DNA of 64,000 bases from Actinomycetes bacterium (GTDB lineage Bacteria; Actinomycetota; Acidimicrobiia; Acidimicrobiales; JABEUL01), in assembly GCA_021852345.1 (NCBI GenBank), contig JAJZNL010000036.1, positions 1,179-65,178 of the forward strand, read 5' to 3'. The notes below the pieces were generated by a model. The model did not search any database, was not told the DNA's origin, and saw only the letters and a list, made by a program, of their open reading frames with translations. The stretch's first letter is position 1, and each line of letters begins with the position of its first letter. The position numbers and the translations under genes are program-made. This document shows positions 38,767-46,802 of the stretch, one piece after another.

Positions 38767-39867
38767 CTAATAAGTGCATAAGTAAGGGCGTATGTGCTAT
38801 ACTGGTTATGTGAAACTTGATGGAAGAGCGTTAGACCATGGCACATTGGAGCAGATCAGAAAAAGAACTGTTCTGCAAATTGCTGAGGGCGAGCATTCGA
38901 TTAAAGACGTAGCTGGGGTATTGGGGTTCAATGTAAGAACAATTCAGAAATGGGCAAAGAAGTACCGTGAAGGTGGTGTAAGTAAACTAGATGCTATTCC
39001 TCTAACTGGCAGACCGTCAAAGTTAACAGATCTTCAGAAGAAGAGAATTGCTAAACTCGTCATTGGCAAAGATCCAAGGCAATTAAAACTTCCCTTTGCT
39101 CTTTGGACCAGAGAACAAGTAAAAGAATTGATATTAAGGCTCTATGGCTTAGAGCTGTCTTTAACAAGTGTTGGAAGATTGCTTCATGAAATGGGTCTTA
39201 GCGTACAAAAGCCTAAATACCAAGCGTGGCAGCAAAATGAAGACGAGGTAAGAGCTTGGAAAGAGATTGAGTATCCGGCTATTGTAAAACAAGCCAAAAA
39301 GATAGGTGCTGACATATACTTCCAGGATGAGGCAGGTATCCGCTCTGACTATCACTCTGGAACTACGTGGGCTAAAAAAGGTGAAACTCCAGTTATTAAA
39401 ACTACTGGTGCCAGGTTTGGGCTAAATATGATCTCAGCAATTTCACCACGTGGGCATCTTCGTTTTATGTGTACAGAAGGTAAAGTAAACGCTTCAGTGT
39501 TTGTTGAATTTCTTAAACGACTTATGTATAAAGCTGACCGCCCAATATTCCTCGTCGTGGATGGACACCCAATACATAAATCAAAAATTGCAAAGCAGTA
39601 CATTGAAAGCACAAATGGCAATCTCACACTATTCTTTCTCCCACCGTATTCTCCGCAGTTAAATCCAGATGAGTCGGTTTGGCGTGAGGTAAAAACTCAC
39701 CATATTGGCAGAACTCCAGTCACTGGACCCAAGCATCTGCATTCACTAGCCATGTCTGCCCTTCGTAGTCTCCAAAGATCACCAAAAAAATTACAAGGAT
39801 TATTTAAAACTCCGGAACTCTCTTACATCCCAGTGGGATAATGCGCCCTTACTAACGGTTTCCTTAG
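38767..39867 (+). mobile_element. IS630-family insertion sequence (single transposase ORF, imperfect terminal inverted repeats, flanking TA)
   Basis: The left end 38765-38793 and the reverse complement of the right end 39841-39869 align over 29 nt with 20 matches. This includes the terminal TACTAA and an internal AGTAAGGGCG. TA lies immediately outside both ends (38765-66 and 38868-69 equivalents, i.e. 39868-69), as expected for IS630/Tc1 target duplication. Confidence 0.85.
38792..39841 (+). CDS. IS630-family DDE transposase (uninterrupted)
   Basis: 349 aa with an N-terminal HTH/winged-helix region (IKDVAGVLGFNVRTIQKWAKKY). The DDE_3-like catalytic pattern is YFQDEAG ... LVVDGHPIH ... PPYSPQLNPDESVW. 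Confidence 0.92.
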   Translation: MCYTGYVKLDGRALDHGTLEQIRKRTVLQIAEGEHSIKDVAGVLGFNVRTIQKWAKKYREGGVSKLDAIPLTGRPSKLTDLQKKRIAKLVIGKDPRQLKLPFALWTREQVKELILRLYGLELSLTSVGRLLHEMGLSVQKPKYQAWQQNEDEVRAWKEIEYPAIVKQAKKIGADIYFQDEAGIRSDYHSGTTWAKKGETPVIKTTGARFGLNMISAISPRGHLRFMCTEGKVNASVFVEFLKRLMYKADRPIFLVVDGHPIHKSKIAKQYIESTNGNLTLFFLPPYSPQLNPDESVWREVKTHHIGRTPVTGPKHLHSLAMSALRSLQRSPKKLQGLFKTPELSYIPVG

Positions 39868-39883
39868 TAGTTATGGTGAGTTT

Positions 39884-40078
39884 ATGAACATATTGATCAG
39901 TTTTATCGTAGTTTCCGCAGCCGTATTTTTCTTTGTGGTAAAGCCGGTTAATTTCATAAATTCGAGACGGGATGCCAAGGCAGATTCCGACAGCAAGGTC
40001 TGCAATTTTTGCCTAAGTGAAGTGCCAATCGGTGCAACCAGGTGTAAATTTTGTACATCTGAATTGACTTTGGCATAG
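39884..40078 (+). CDS. Small membrane protein: MscL-TM2-like helix plus a C-terminal CxxC...CxxC zinc ribbon
   Basis: 64 aa. ISFIVVSAAVFFFVVKPVNFINSRR resembles the MscL TM2 region (compare M. tuberculosis [24 protein letters not shown], recalled from memory). The C-terminus is CNFCLSEVPIGATRCKFC. It starts 15 nt after the IS630 right end. Confidence 0.5.
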   Translation: MNILISFIVVSAAVFFFVVKPVNFINSRRDAKADSDSKVCNFCLSEVPIGATRCKFCTSELTLA

Positions 40079-40295
40079 CTAAGGTTGTATAAATATATTG
40101 TTTGTAACGTAGGGTAGACAATATCTGTATTCTATGGTTTGGCGTAGGCTTTTTATGCCCTAGACTATTGGATTCGGGAGCGTTAACGGTTGGACAAATA
40201 AGTTGAATCAGCAATTATTATGGTTGATTCGAAAAAGATTAAGATTTAAGGTGAATCTTAACTATACGAATAGTGTTTTATGAATTAGGTAGATA

Positions 40296-41366
40296 ATGGA
40301 AAAACTTTTGATGGGACCCGGTCCGTCTAATTTAACCGAATCTGTGAGATCGGCTTTGGCTCAGCCTGCGCTAGGGCATCTTGACCCGGAATTTTTGAGT
40401 ATTCTGGACGAAACTTGCGATCTTCTGCGGTGGATTTTTAAAACCGATAATAAAATGACTTTTCCTGTTTCGGCTACGGCAAGCGGCGGGATGGAAGCGG
40501 TGGTAATGAATCTTGTAGATTCGACTAGTAAGGTAGTGATCGGATCTAATGGAGCATTTTCATTGCGCGCTAAAGCCATGATGGAACGTCAAGGAGCAGA
40601 GATTGTTGAAGTGAATTTCGATTGGGGTTCGCCTGTAGATTTGAATGAGCTAAATTTAAAGATCGATTTCGCCAAACCGGATTTGATCTGGATGGTTCAC
40701 GGAGAAACCTCTACGGGCGTTTTAAACAATATTGTAAATATCGATAAAGGTGATGCGCTTTTAATAGTTGATTGTGTTACCTCTTTGGGCGGAGTAAATT
40801 TTGAAATGGATAATTGGGGGATCGATGTGGCTGTTTCGGGTTCTCAAAAATGTTTAAACGTTCCTCCTGGGCTATCGCCCGTATCGTTTTCTACACGAGC
40901 GATTGAAAGATTTAAAGCTTCAAGGTCTTGGTATTTTGACTTGCAAATGATAAATGATTACATAAGTACGGCTGGACCGAGAACTTATCATCATACTGCG
41001 CCGATCAACATGATTTATGCCCTAAAAGCTTCCTTGAACGATATTAAAGAACATGGTCTTGACGAGACTTTCAACAGACATAAAATAGCGGCCGAGTATC
41101 TTTACAGTGCCCTTGGCGAGATGGGTCTAAAGCCGGCGGTCGAATCTCCGTTCAGATTGCCTCAGCTTACTACCATTTTTATACCAAAAGAACTGCAGGG
41201 AATCGAAAGTCAAATTAGAAAAGATTTGATGGATAAGTTTAATATTGAAATAGGCGCGGGGCTGGGAATTTTTGCGGGCAAAGTGTGGCGGGTAGGTCTA
41301 ATGGGGGCAAATGCAACAATTAGAAACGTTGACACGCTTGTGAATGCATTGGGTAAGCTTCTTTAA
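40296..41366 (+). CDS. Class V pyridoxal-phosphate aminotransferase (serine-pyruvate / alanine-glyoxylate type)
   Basis: 356 aa with LLMGPGPSN, HGETSTGV and SGSQKCL (PLP lysine). Confidence 0.9.
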   Translation: MEKLLMGPGPSNLTESVRSALAQPALGHLDPEFLSILDETCDLLRWIFKTDNKMTFPVSATASGGMEAVVMNLVDSTSKVVIGSNGAFSLRAKAMMERQGAEIVEVNFDWGSPVDLNELNLKIDFAKPDLIWMVHGETSTGVLNNIVNIDKGDALLIVDCVTSLGGVNFEMDNWGIDVAVSGSQKCLNVPPGLSPVSFSTRAIERFKASRSWYFDLQMINDYISTAGPRTYHHTAPINMIYALKASLNDIKEHGLDETFNRHKIAAEYLYSALGEMGLKPAVESPFRLPQLTTIFIPKELQGIESQIRKDLMDKFNIEIGAGLGIFAGKVWRVGLMGANATIRNVDTLVNALGKLL

Positions 41367-41503
41367 TAGCGTTGAATCCTCTGGTACCTATATGTGGGGG
41401 CATCGTTAATAAGATAATTTTTGAATTCAACAAGCAATCGGGCACAGAGTTGTATTAAGTTATAAGTAGCGTAAACAACGCAAAAGAAATTGAACAAATT
41501 AAT

Positions 41504-42145
41504 TTGACGATGAATCAATACGTTGACTATTTTATTGCAAGTGAATTCGATATAGAAAACGGTTTTAGACTTAAAAACGTTTTAATTAGGCCATTGCGTC
41601 CGACGGACTATAGCCAATGGTTTGAAGTCAGGACGCAAAGCCAAGACTGGCTGGTGAAGTGGGAACCCAGAGTTCCCGCCGGGAACTACCCCGATTTGAG
41701 CGAACGTTCATTTTTATCTAGACTGGCGATGATGAAAAGAGAAAGACAGATCGGCACTTCTTTCGGTTTTGGAGTATTCCATAAAGGTCAATTTGTAGGT
41801 GAGGTCAATCTTTCTAATGTTCAACGTGGCGCGATGCAGTCTGCCACTATCGGTTATTGGATCGATAAATACTATTGCGGGAACGGGTTTATACCAGAGG
41901 CAACGGTTGGAGTATTTAAATTTGCATTTGAAATGCTTGGATTGCACAGAATCGAGATATTGATAGTCCCGACCAACAAAGCATCTCTTAGAGTTGTCGA
42001 TAAGTTAAAGTTGCGATACGAGGGTATCTCCAAAGATTATCTTTTAATAGACGGTATCTGGTCAGATCACGCACGATTTTCAATTTTAAGTTCAGATTGG
42101 ACGACCAATACCGACTTTTTTGAAAGCTTTATTTCTGGTGACTAG
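41504..42145 (+). CDS. GNAT N-acetyltransferase, RimJ/RimL-like
   Basis: 213 aa with LRPLRPTDY, IGYWIDKYYCGNGF and LHRIEILIVPTNKASLRV. Confidence 0.85.
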   Translation: MTMNQYVDYFIASEFDIENGFRLKNVLIRPLRPTDYSQWFEVRTQSQDWLVKWEPRVPAGNYPDLSERSFLSRLAMMKRERQIGTSFGFGVFHKGQFVGEVNLSNVQRGAMQSATIGYWIDKYYCGNGFIPEATVGVFKFAFEMLGLHRIEILIVPTNKASLRVVDKLKLRYEGISKDYLLIDGIWSDHARFSILSSDWTTNTDFFESFISGD

Positions 42146-42296
42146 TTTTAGAAACAGTTTTGGACAAAAATTTATTTAGGAACAACTTATACATTTACGC
42201 TGGACTCGGCAATTTTAGCCAAGCGCTTCTTTGTTAATTTCCTTAGATAAAAATCAAGCTTTTAGAAGATACCTGTGCGACAAACACATTTGGAAT

Positions 42297-43349
42297 CTAC
42301 TCATTTGAAGTTGTGCTCTCGCCTATTACCGCCGGCGAGTGTTTGAAAAACGACTCAATCTCTTTTTGATATTTATATTCGGGTTTTGCTCTTCCCAGAT
42401 TTATTCTGAGCTGGTTGAGTTTGCAGAATTTTGCCACCGCTGCAGACGTAGTGTATTTATAGGAAAAACCGGTTTGCTTAATTTTGGTGTTATTGATGCC
42501 CCGACCGTATTTCATAAGATCCATCAATTCTGGTGTTATCGTTACTATTCCCGATTTTATCAAAGGAGCCGAGATCAGGTTAGTTGCATAAGCAAAAAGC
42601 GGAATTGGTCGTGCTGCCGCAATAGACCCTATTTCACTCCAGGGCACTCTTTCGTCACCAGCAACATTATAGATACCTTCCAAGTCACTATTTGCAGCAA
42701 ATACCAGTGCGCTTACAACATCTTCTTCATCGATTAAATGAATTGACGGGTCGAATCCAAAAAGATACGGCAATATTCGTTTTTTTAGATTTTTTGTTAT
42801 GGCTGTGGTTACATTTTCGCCTATAACATTACTAAACCTAAGCAACGTAACTGTAATATGGGGATTGTCTTGAGCGAAGTCCTTTACGTAGCTCTCGGCC
42901 TCAATCATCGATTTTTCAATTCTGAGTTTGGGCAAAGAGGGCCTCTTCGAGTTCTCGTCAAAAAAATAGGGATCTTGTGGTGAGGAGCCGTAAACCAAAC
43001 TTGAAGACTTTACAATAAGTTTTTTAACAGACGGACTTCCTCCAACTGCCGCGAGTAAATTCATAGTTCCTATAACATTGTTTTCGTTGAGCATTCTGCC
43101 CGAAAAAGCGGAAGTCTCAGTGGCCATAAAGGTATGCATAACCGTGTCGACCTTGGTGGATTTAATTATTCTAGAAACTATGGAATAGCTATGGTCGGCT
43201 CTGAGACATTCGGTACGTTCAAGTTCTACTTTAGGGTCGGAAGTACCCAAGCCAATAATTGTTTCGACGGTGGGATCGGCCTCAAAACTTTTTGCGGTCA
43301 TTGAGCCCCAAAAAGTGTCTATTCCAGTTATCAGTATTCTTCTACCCAT
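42297..43349 (-). CDS. NAD-dependent epimerase/dehydratase family protein
   Basis: It has ILITGIDTFWG (a degenerate Rossmann motif) and an SDR-extended layout. It starts 3 nt downstream of the acyltransferase gene. From memory, the pairing resembles M. tuberculosis Rv0501/Rv0502. Confidence 0.8.
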   Translation of the reverse strand: MGRRILITGIDTFWGSMTAKSFEADPTVETIIGLGTSDPKVELERTECLRADHSYSIVSRIIKSTKVDTVMHTFMATETSAFSGRMLNENNVIGTMNLLAAVGGSPSVKKLIVKSSSLVYGSSPQDPYFFDENSKRPSLPKLRIEKSMIEAESYVKDFAQDNPHITVTLLRFSNVIGENVTTAITKNLKKRILPYLFGFDPSIHLIDEEDVVSALVFAANSDLEGIYNVAGDERVPWSEIGSIAAARPIPLFAYATNLISAPLIKSGIVTITPELMDLMKYGRGINNTKIKQTGFSYKYTTSAAVAKFCKLNQLRINLGRAKPEYKYQKEIESFFKHSPAVIGESTTSNE

Positions 43350-43352
43350 TGT

Positions 43353-44252
43353 CTACCCCAGCCACGGATTCTTTCTATGAGCCAGCATGTCATAAATGGC
43401 ATCCTGTATTCTCAATCTAATATTTTCTGATTCATCCAATATCTTTGTTTTCGAATATCGAGCCTGGTCAGGTGGTACGTCAAAGTGAATTGGATCCAAG
43501 ACTCTAATCTTAAACTTTGCCGGCAGATAGGCAACCGAAGCTAAAATTGGACCTAAAAATGGCGTAAGTAAAACTTGATTTAAGGTTATGGGGAAATACG
43601 GAAGGTTGAGAGCCTTGGAGATGCTCGGCAACTTTGTTAAAATCGGCATTGCTTCTTCGGCCCCTACTACCGCAATGGGGATTATGGGCACACCGCTCTT
43701 CATGGCAATTTCAACAAAACCACCGCGGCCGAATCTTCTGAGTTGATATCTCTCTTTATAGAGCTTAGAAGGACCCTTGGAGCCTTCGGGGAATACAAGC
43801 GCGAGTTGTTGATCGTCGTGAAGAATTCCGTATGCATTAGACGGGTGAGCCGGTACTCCTCCGCCTCTGTTCCATAGTGTTCCCGCTATCGGTAGAGTTC
43901 GAAACCAAAAGTCTGCGAGTCCATAAACAGGCCGATTTAATTCTTTTTCGATACCGTGCATTATCACCGGAGCATCTGGCGGAATTGCACCGGCATGGTT
44001 CGAAACTAGTAAAGCGCCGCCCTTAGTCGGAATCTTTTCAAGTCCCTCCCATTCGGCTCTGAAGTATTTGGTGTACATCGGATCAAATAACTTTCCGGTG
44101 AGCTTACGGATTGATTCTGACCTTCCCCAACGATCAACGTCGCTTTGTCTGTATGACTCAGGTTCATTGTCTCCGACTTTGTCAACGAGCTTTACAATTT
44201 TGGATTCTACTGATTTAATTTGATCTGATTTTGTAGGCTTTTCCATATACAC
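43353..44252 (-). CDS. Lysophospholipid (PlsC-type) acyltransferase family protein
   Basis: 299 aa with LLVSNHAG... and FPEGSKG blocks typical of glycerolipid acyltransferases. Confidence 0.75.
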   Translation of the reverse strand: MYMEKPTKSDQIKSVESKIVKLVDKVGDNEPESYRQSDVDRWGRSESIRKLTGKLFDPMYTKYFRAEWEGLEKIPTKGGALLVSNHAGAIPPDAPVIMHGIEKELNRPVYGLADFWFRTLPIAGTLWNRGGGVPAHPSNAYGILHDDQQLALVFPEGSKGPSKLYKERYQLRRFGRGGFVEIAMKSGVPIIPIAVVGAEEAMPILTKLPSISKALNLPYFPITLNQVLLTPFLGPILASVAYLPAKFKIRVLDPIHFDVPPDQARYSKTKILDESENIRLRIQDAIYDMLAHRKNPWLG

Positions 44253-44535
44253 AATAGATTATTACTTTTTTGGATGCTTTGCTTAAGAAGTCAAAAGATT
44301 TTACTTTAGTTTTACCTCGGCTTTAATTTAGTGTGATCTACGACGATTCTAGTTTTTAATTTGTAATAAAAAATGAACTAACTTGGATTTTTCGCTGATT
44401 TGAAAAAGAAATTATTTTTGCAAATTCGAACTGGCTTAAATATTAATCGAATTCAAAAATTCGAATTGTCTAAGTGAGAAACGATGTTTGCTTAGGCCAA
44501 AGTAAAGCTATTGAACGGAAATACTTTAAATGTGA

Positions 44536-45408
44536 TTAATATTTTTGACACCTTGGGCAGTAGTAAGTACCTCGGTTCGCAATTAATGCTTTGGCGATGT
44601 TTGTTTTACATATTTTGCATGGGAGTCCTTGTCTCCCATAGCAATTATGGAATTTTTGAAAATCACCGTTTTTGGAAAGGAGATCGCTGTAGCCCTTGTC
44701 TGTAAGGGTAGATCCTCTATTCTCAATTGCACTATTAAGTATCTTTCGAATGTTTTTTAGTATCAGCTTGATTTGGATGTCTGTTAAAAGATGAGCGGGG
44801 TTAAACGGCGAAATATGTGAAGAATAAAGTATTTCGGTGACATAGATGTTCCCGAGACCTGCGATAACTTTTTGATCCAATAAAACAGTCTTAATTGGTG
44901 CGGTTCGATTTTTAAACATTCCTTGAAGGTATTTAACATTAAGATCTTCGCTTAAGGCGTCTGGACCAAGTTTGGAAATGATTCCATCTACCTCTGAGTT
45001 TGTGCAAGCCATGATAAGGCCGAATCTTCTTGGGTTGATATAACTCAGAGTCGAATTGTCGGCAAATAACAGAGTTAGATGTGTATGTTTTCGAACCGAC
45101 CTTATTTGAGGTATCTGATCTTTGTCTGGGGTTTGATCAAGTTGGTCTTGTCCGTTAAAATTAAATTTTAATGACCCGCTCATTCCGAAGTGTAATACCA
45201 GGTTGGTGGTTTCGTCTTCGAATTGAATAAAAAGATATTTGCCGAATCGTAAGGCTTTGGTTAGTTTTTTGCCCGCGGCTGATTTTGTTAGATTGATAGA
45301 ACCCAAAACCGGCATGAGTTTAGAAGTTTTTATTTCGCAAACTTGTTTATTATAAACTTCCAAATCAACTTGAGATCTAAATGTCTCTACTTCAGGTAAC
45401 TCTGGCAT
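44536..45408 (-). CDS. mutM: Formamidopyrimidine-DNA glycosylase
   Basis: It starts MPELPEVE, has an H2TH region and a C-terminal zinc finger (CKIC ... CPRCQ). Confidence 0.93.
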   Translation of the reverse strand: MPELPEVETFRSQVDLEVYNKQVCEIKTSKLMPVLGSINLTKSAAGKKLTKALRFGKYLFIQFEDETTNLVLHFGMSGSLKFNFNGQDQLDQTPDKDQIPQIRSVRKHTHLTLLFADNSTLSYINPRRFGLIMACTNSEVDGIISKLGPDALSEDLNVKYLQGMFKNRTAPIKTVLLDQKVIAGLGNIYVTEILYSSHISPFNPAHLLTDIQIKLILKNIRKILNSAIENRGSTLTDKGYSDLLSKNGDFQKFHNCYGRQGLPCKICKTNIAKALIANRGTYYCPRCQKY

Positions 45409-45493
45409 AATGACAGCTTTAAAAATTTCTAAATAACTGACTTATTCATGATTAGGTTGTGGGCTCGGTTGTCGTAAGTATGGACTGCAGGAT

Positions 45494-46258
45494 TTACTTA
45501 ACTTCGCGATCTTCTGTTTTTCCAGCCGCACTTAAATCGATGGCGGTGTTATTTAAAATAAGCTTTTCGTAAGCTTGTTGCGCGGCCAGTTGTTCGGCGG
45601 CTTTCTTGTTTGATCCTTCGCCGTATCCGTAGACTTTGTCTCCGATGTACACGGTGACGTAATATGTTTTTTCGTGATCTTGCCCGGTAGAGTAACTTAC
45701 ATAGCTGGGGAGAGGGAGTTTAAGGGCTGCAAGAGATTCCTGAAGTTGAGACTTAAAATTTTGAGATCCAGGCGCAACTGCAGCCAGCTCGATTGATTCC
45801 TGGAGTAGGTTCATAATGAAAGTTTTAGTGAGCTCAATTCCCTTAGAAATATAAGTAGCGGCAATTAGCGCTTCTACCACGTCGCCTAAAGTTGACAACT
45901 TATTTCTGCCATTTTGGGCAATCTCGCCGGTACCCAACAAAATATGGATTCCGACACCACATCGTTCGGCCAGCACTCCCAAATTTTTTGTTGCCACTAC
46001 CTGAGATTTTATTTTAGCCAATTCGCCTTCCGGTTTTCTTGAATACCGTTGGAATAGGTACTCAGAAACTACATATCCCAATATAGAGTCTCCGAAAAAT
46101 TCTAGGCGTTCATATGATTCTGTTCCTAAATGTTCGGCTGCATATGAGGCATGCGTAAGTGCTTGAACAAAAATCGGCTCTTTAAAGAACCGAAAAATTA
46201 AGTCAAAGGGGTTAGTTTCAGCTGAATTTGTGGTAATTAATTCTTCAAAATCATTCAC
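45494..46258 (-). CDS. rnc: Ribonuclease III
   Basis: It has the signature ERLEFFGDSILG and a C-terminal dsRBD (GQDHEKTYYVTV...GEGSNKKAAEQLAAQQA). Confidence 0.95.
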   Translation of the reverse strand: MNDFEELITTNSAETNPFDLIFRFFKEPIFVQALTHASYAAEHLGTESYERLEFFGDSILGYVVSEYLFQRYSRKPEGELAKIKSQVVATKNLGVLAERCGVGIHILLGTGEIAQNGRNKLSTLGDVVEALIAATYISKGIELTKTFIMNLLQESIELAAVAPGSQNFKSQLQESLAALKLPLPSYVSYSTGQDHEKTYYVTVYIGDKVYGYGEGSNKKAAEQLAAQQAYEKLILNNTAIDLSAAGKTEDREVK

Positions 46259-46277
46259 TACTTAAAATGAGTTGTAA

Positions 46278-46553
46278 TTAGGAGGCGTTGACCTTCTCGT
46301 AAATATAATCGACGGAATCCCTAACGGTCATCAAATCTTCGAGATCTTCGTCTTCGATTCTGAAACCCGGAGCTTTTTCGCTTAACTCGTCTTCAAGCGC
46401 CTCAACTAATTCTATGAGGGCGAGTGAATCGGCGTTAAGATCATCTACATATGAATCGCTTTCGTTTACGGATTCGGGATCAATCTCTAATATTTCACCG
46501 AGTTGACTTTTTACCATATTAAGGATTTCGGCTCGATTGTATTTTTCGGGCAT
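46278..46553 (-). CDS. Acyl carrier protein
   Basis: 91 aa, acidic, with the phosphopantetheine site motif DLNADSLALIELV. Confidence 0.85.
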   Translation of the reverse strand: MPEKYNRAEILNMVKSQLGEILEIDPESVNESDSYVDDLNADSLALIELVEALEDELSEKAPGFRIEDEDLEDLMTVRDSVDYIYEKVNAS

Positions 46554-46802
46554 TTAGAACTTCTCTCTTTCTGAATTCGTTTATTTAAAATATAAGTAAT
46601 ACGTTAGCATTAAATGGATTATATTTGTACTATTGTTTGACAAATCCAAACTTATTTAACGGTTTTAAATTATTGATTTGTATTAATTTACAGGTTATGT
46701 AAATTGATTAATTGTTGGAAGCCGCTTTTGTGATATTGTAAATGAATTAAAACAAAAATCAAAATCGTTCGCAACGTTAATCGAGAGGTCTTATAGTTAA
46801 GC

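Noticed and set aside
37722-39869. I considered that the IS630 insertion caused loss of pstSCA and so orphaned pstB.
   Set aside because: pstSCA would lie upstream (left) of pstB, whereas the IS is on the right. The TA-flanked inverted repeats indicate a simple insertion with no evidence of adjacent deletion on the pstB side.
40239-40261. A perfect 8-bp hairpin, ttaagatt-taaggtg-aatcttaa, lies 35 nt upstream of the aminotransferase start.
   Set aside because: It is AT-only with a weak stem, no U-tract and no recognisable riboswitch context. It could arise by chance in AT-rich DNA.
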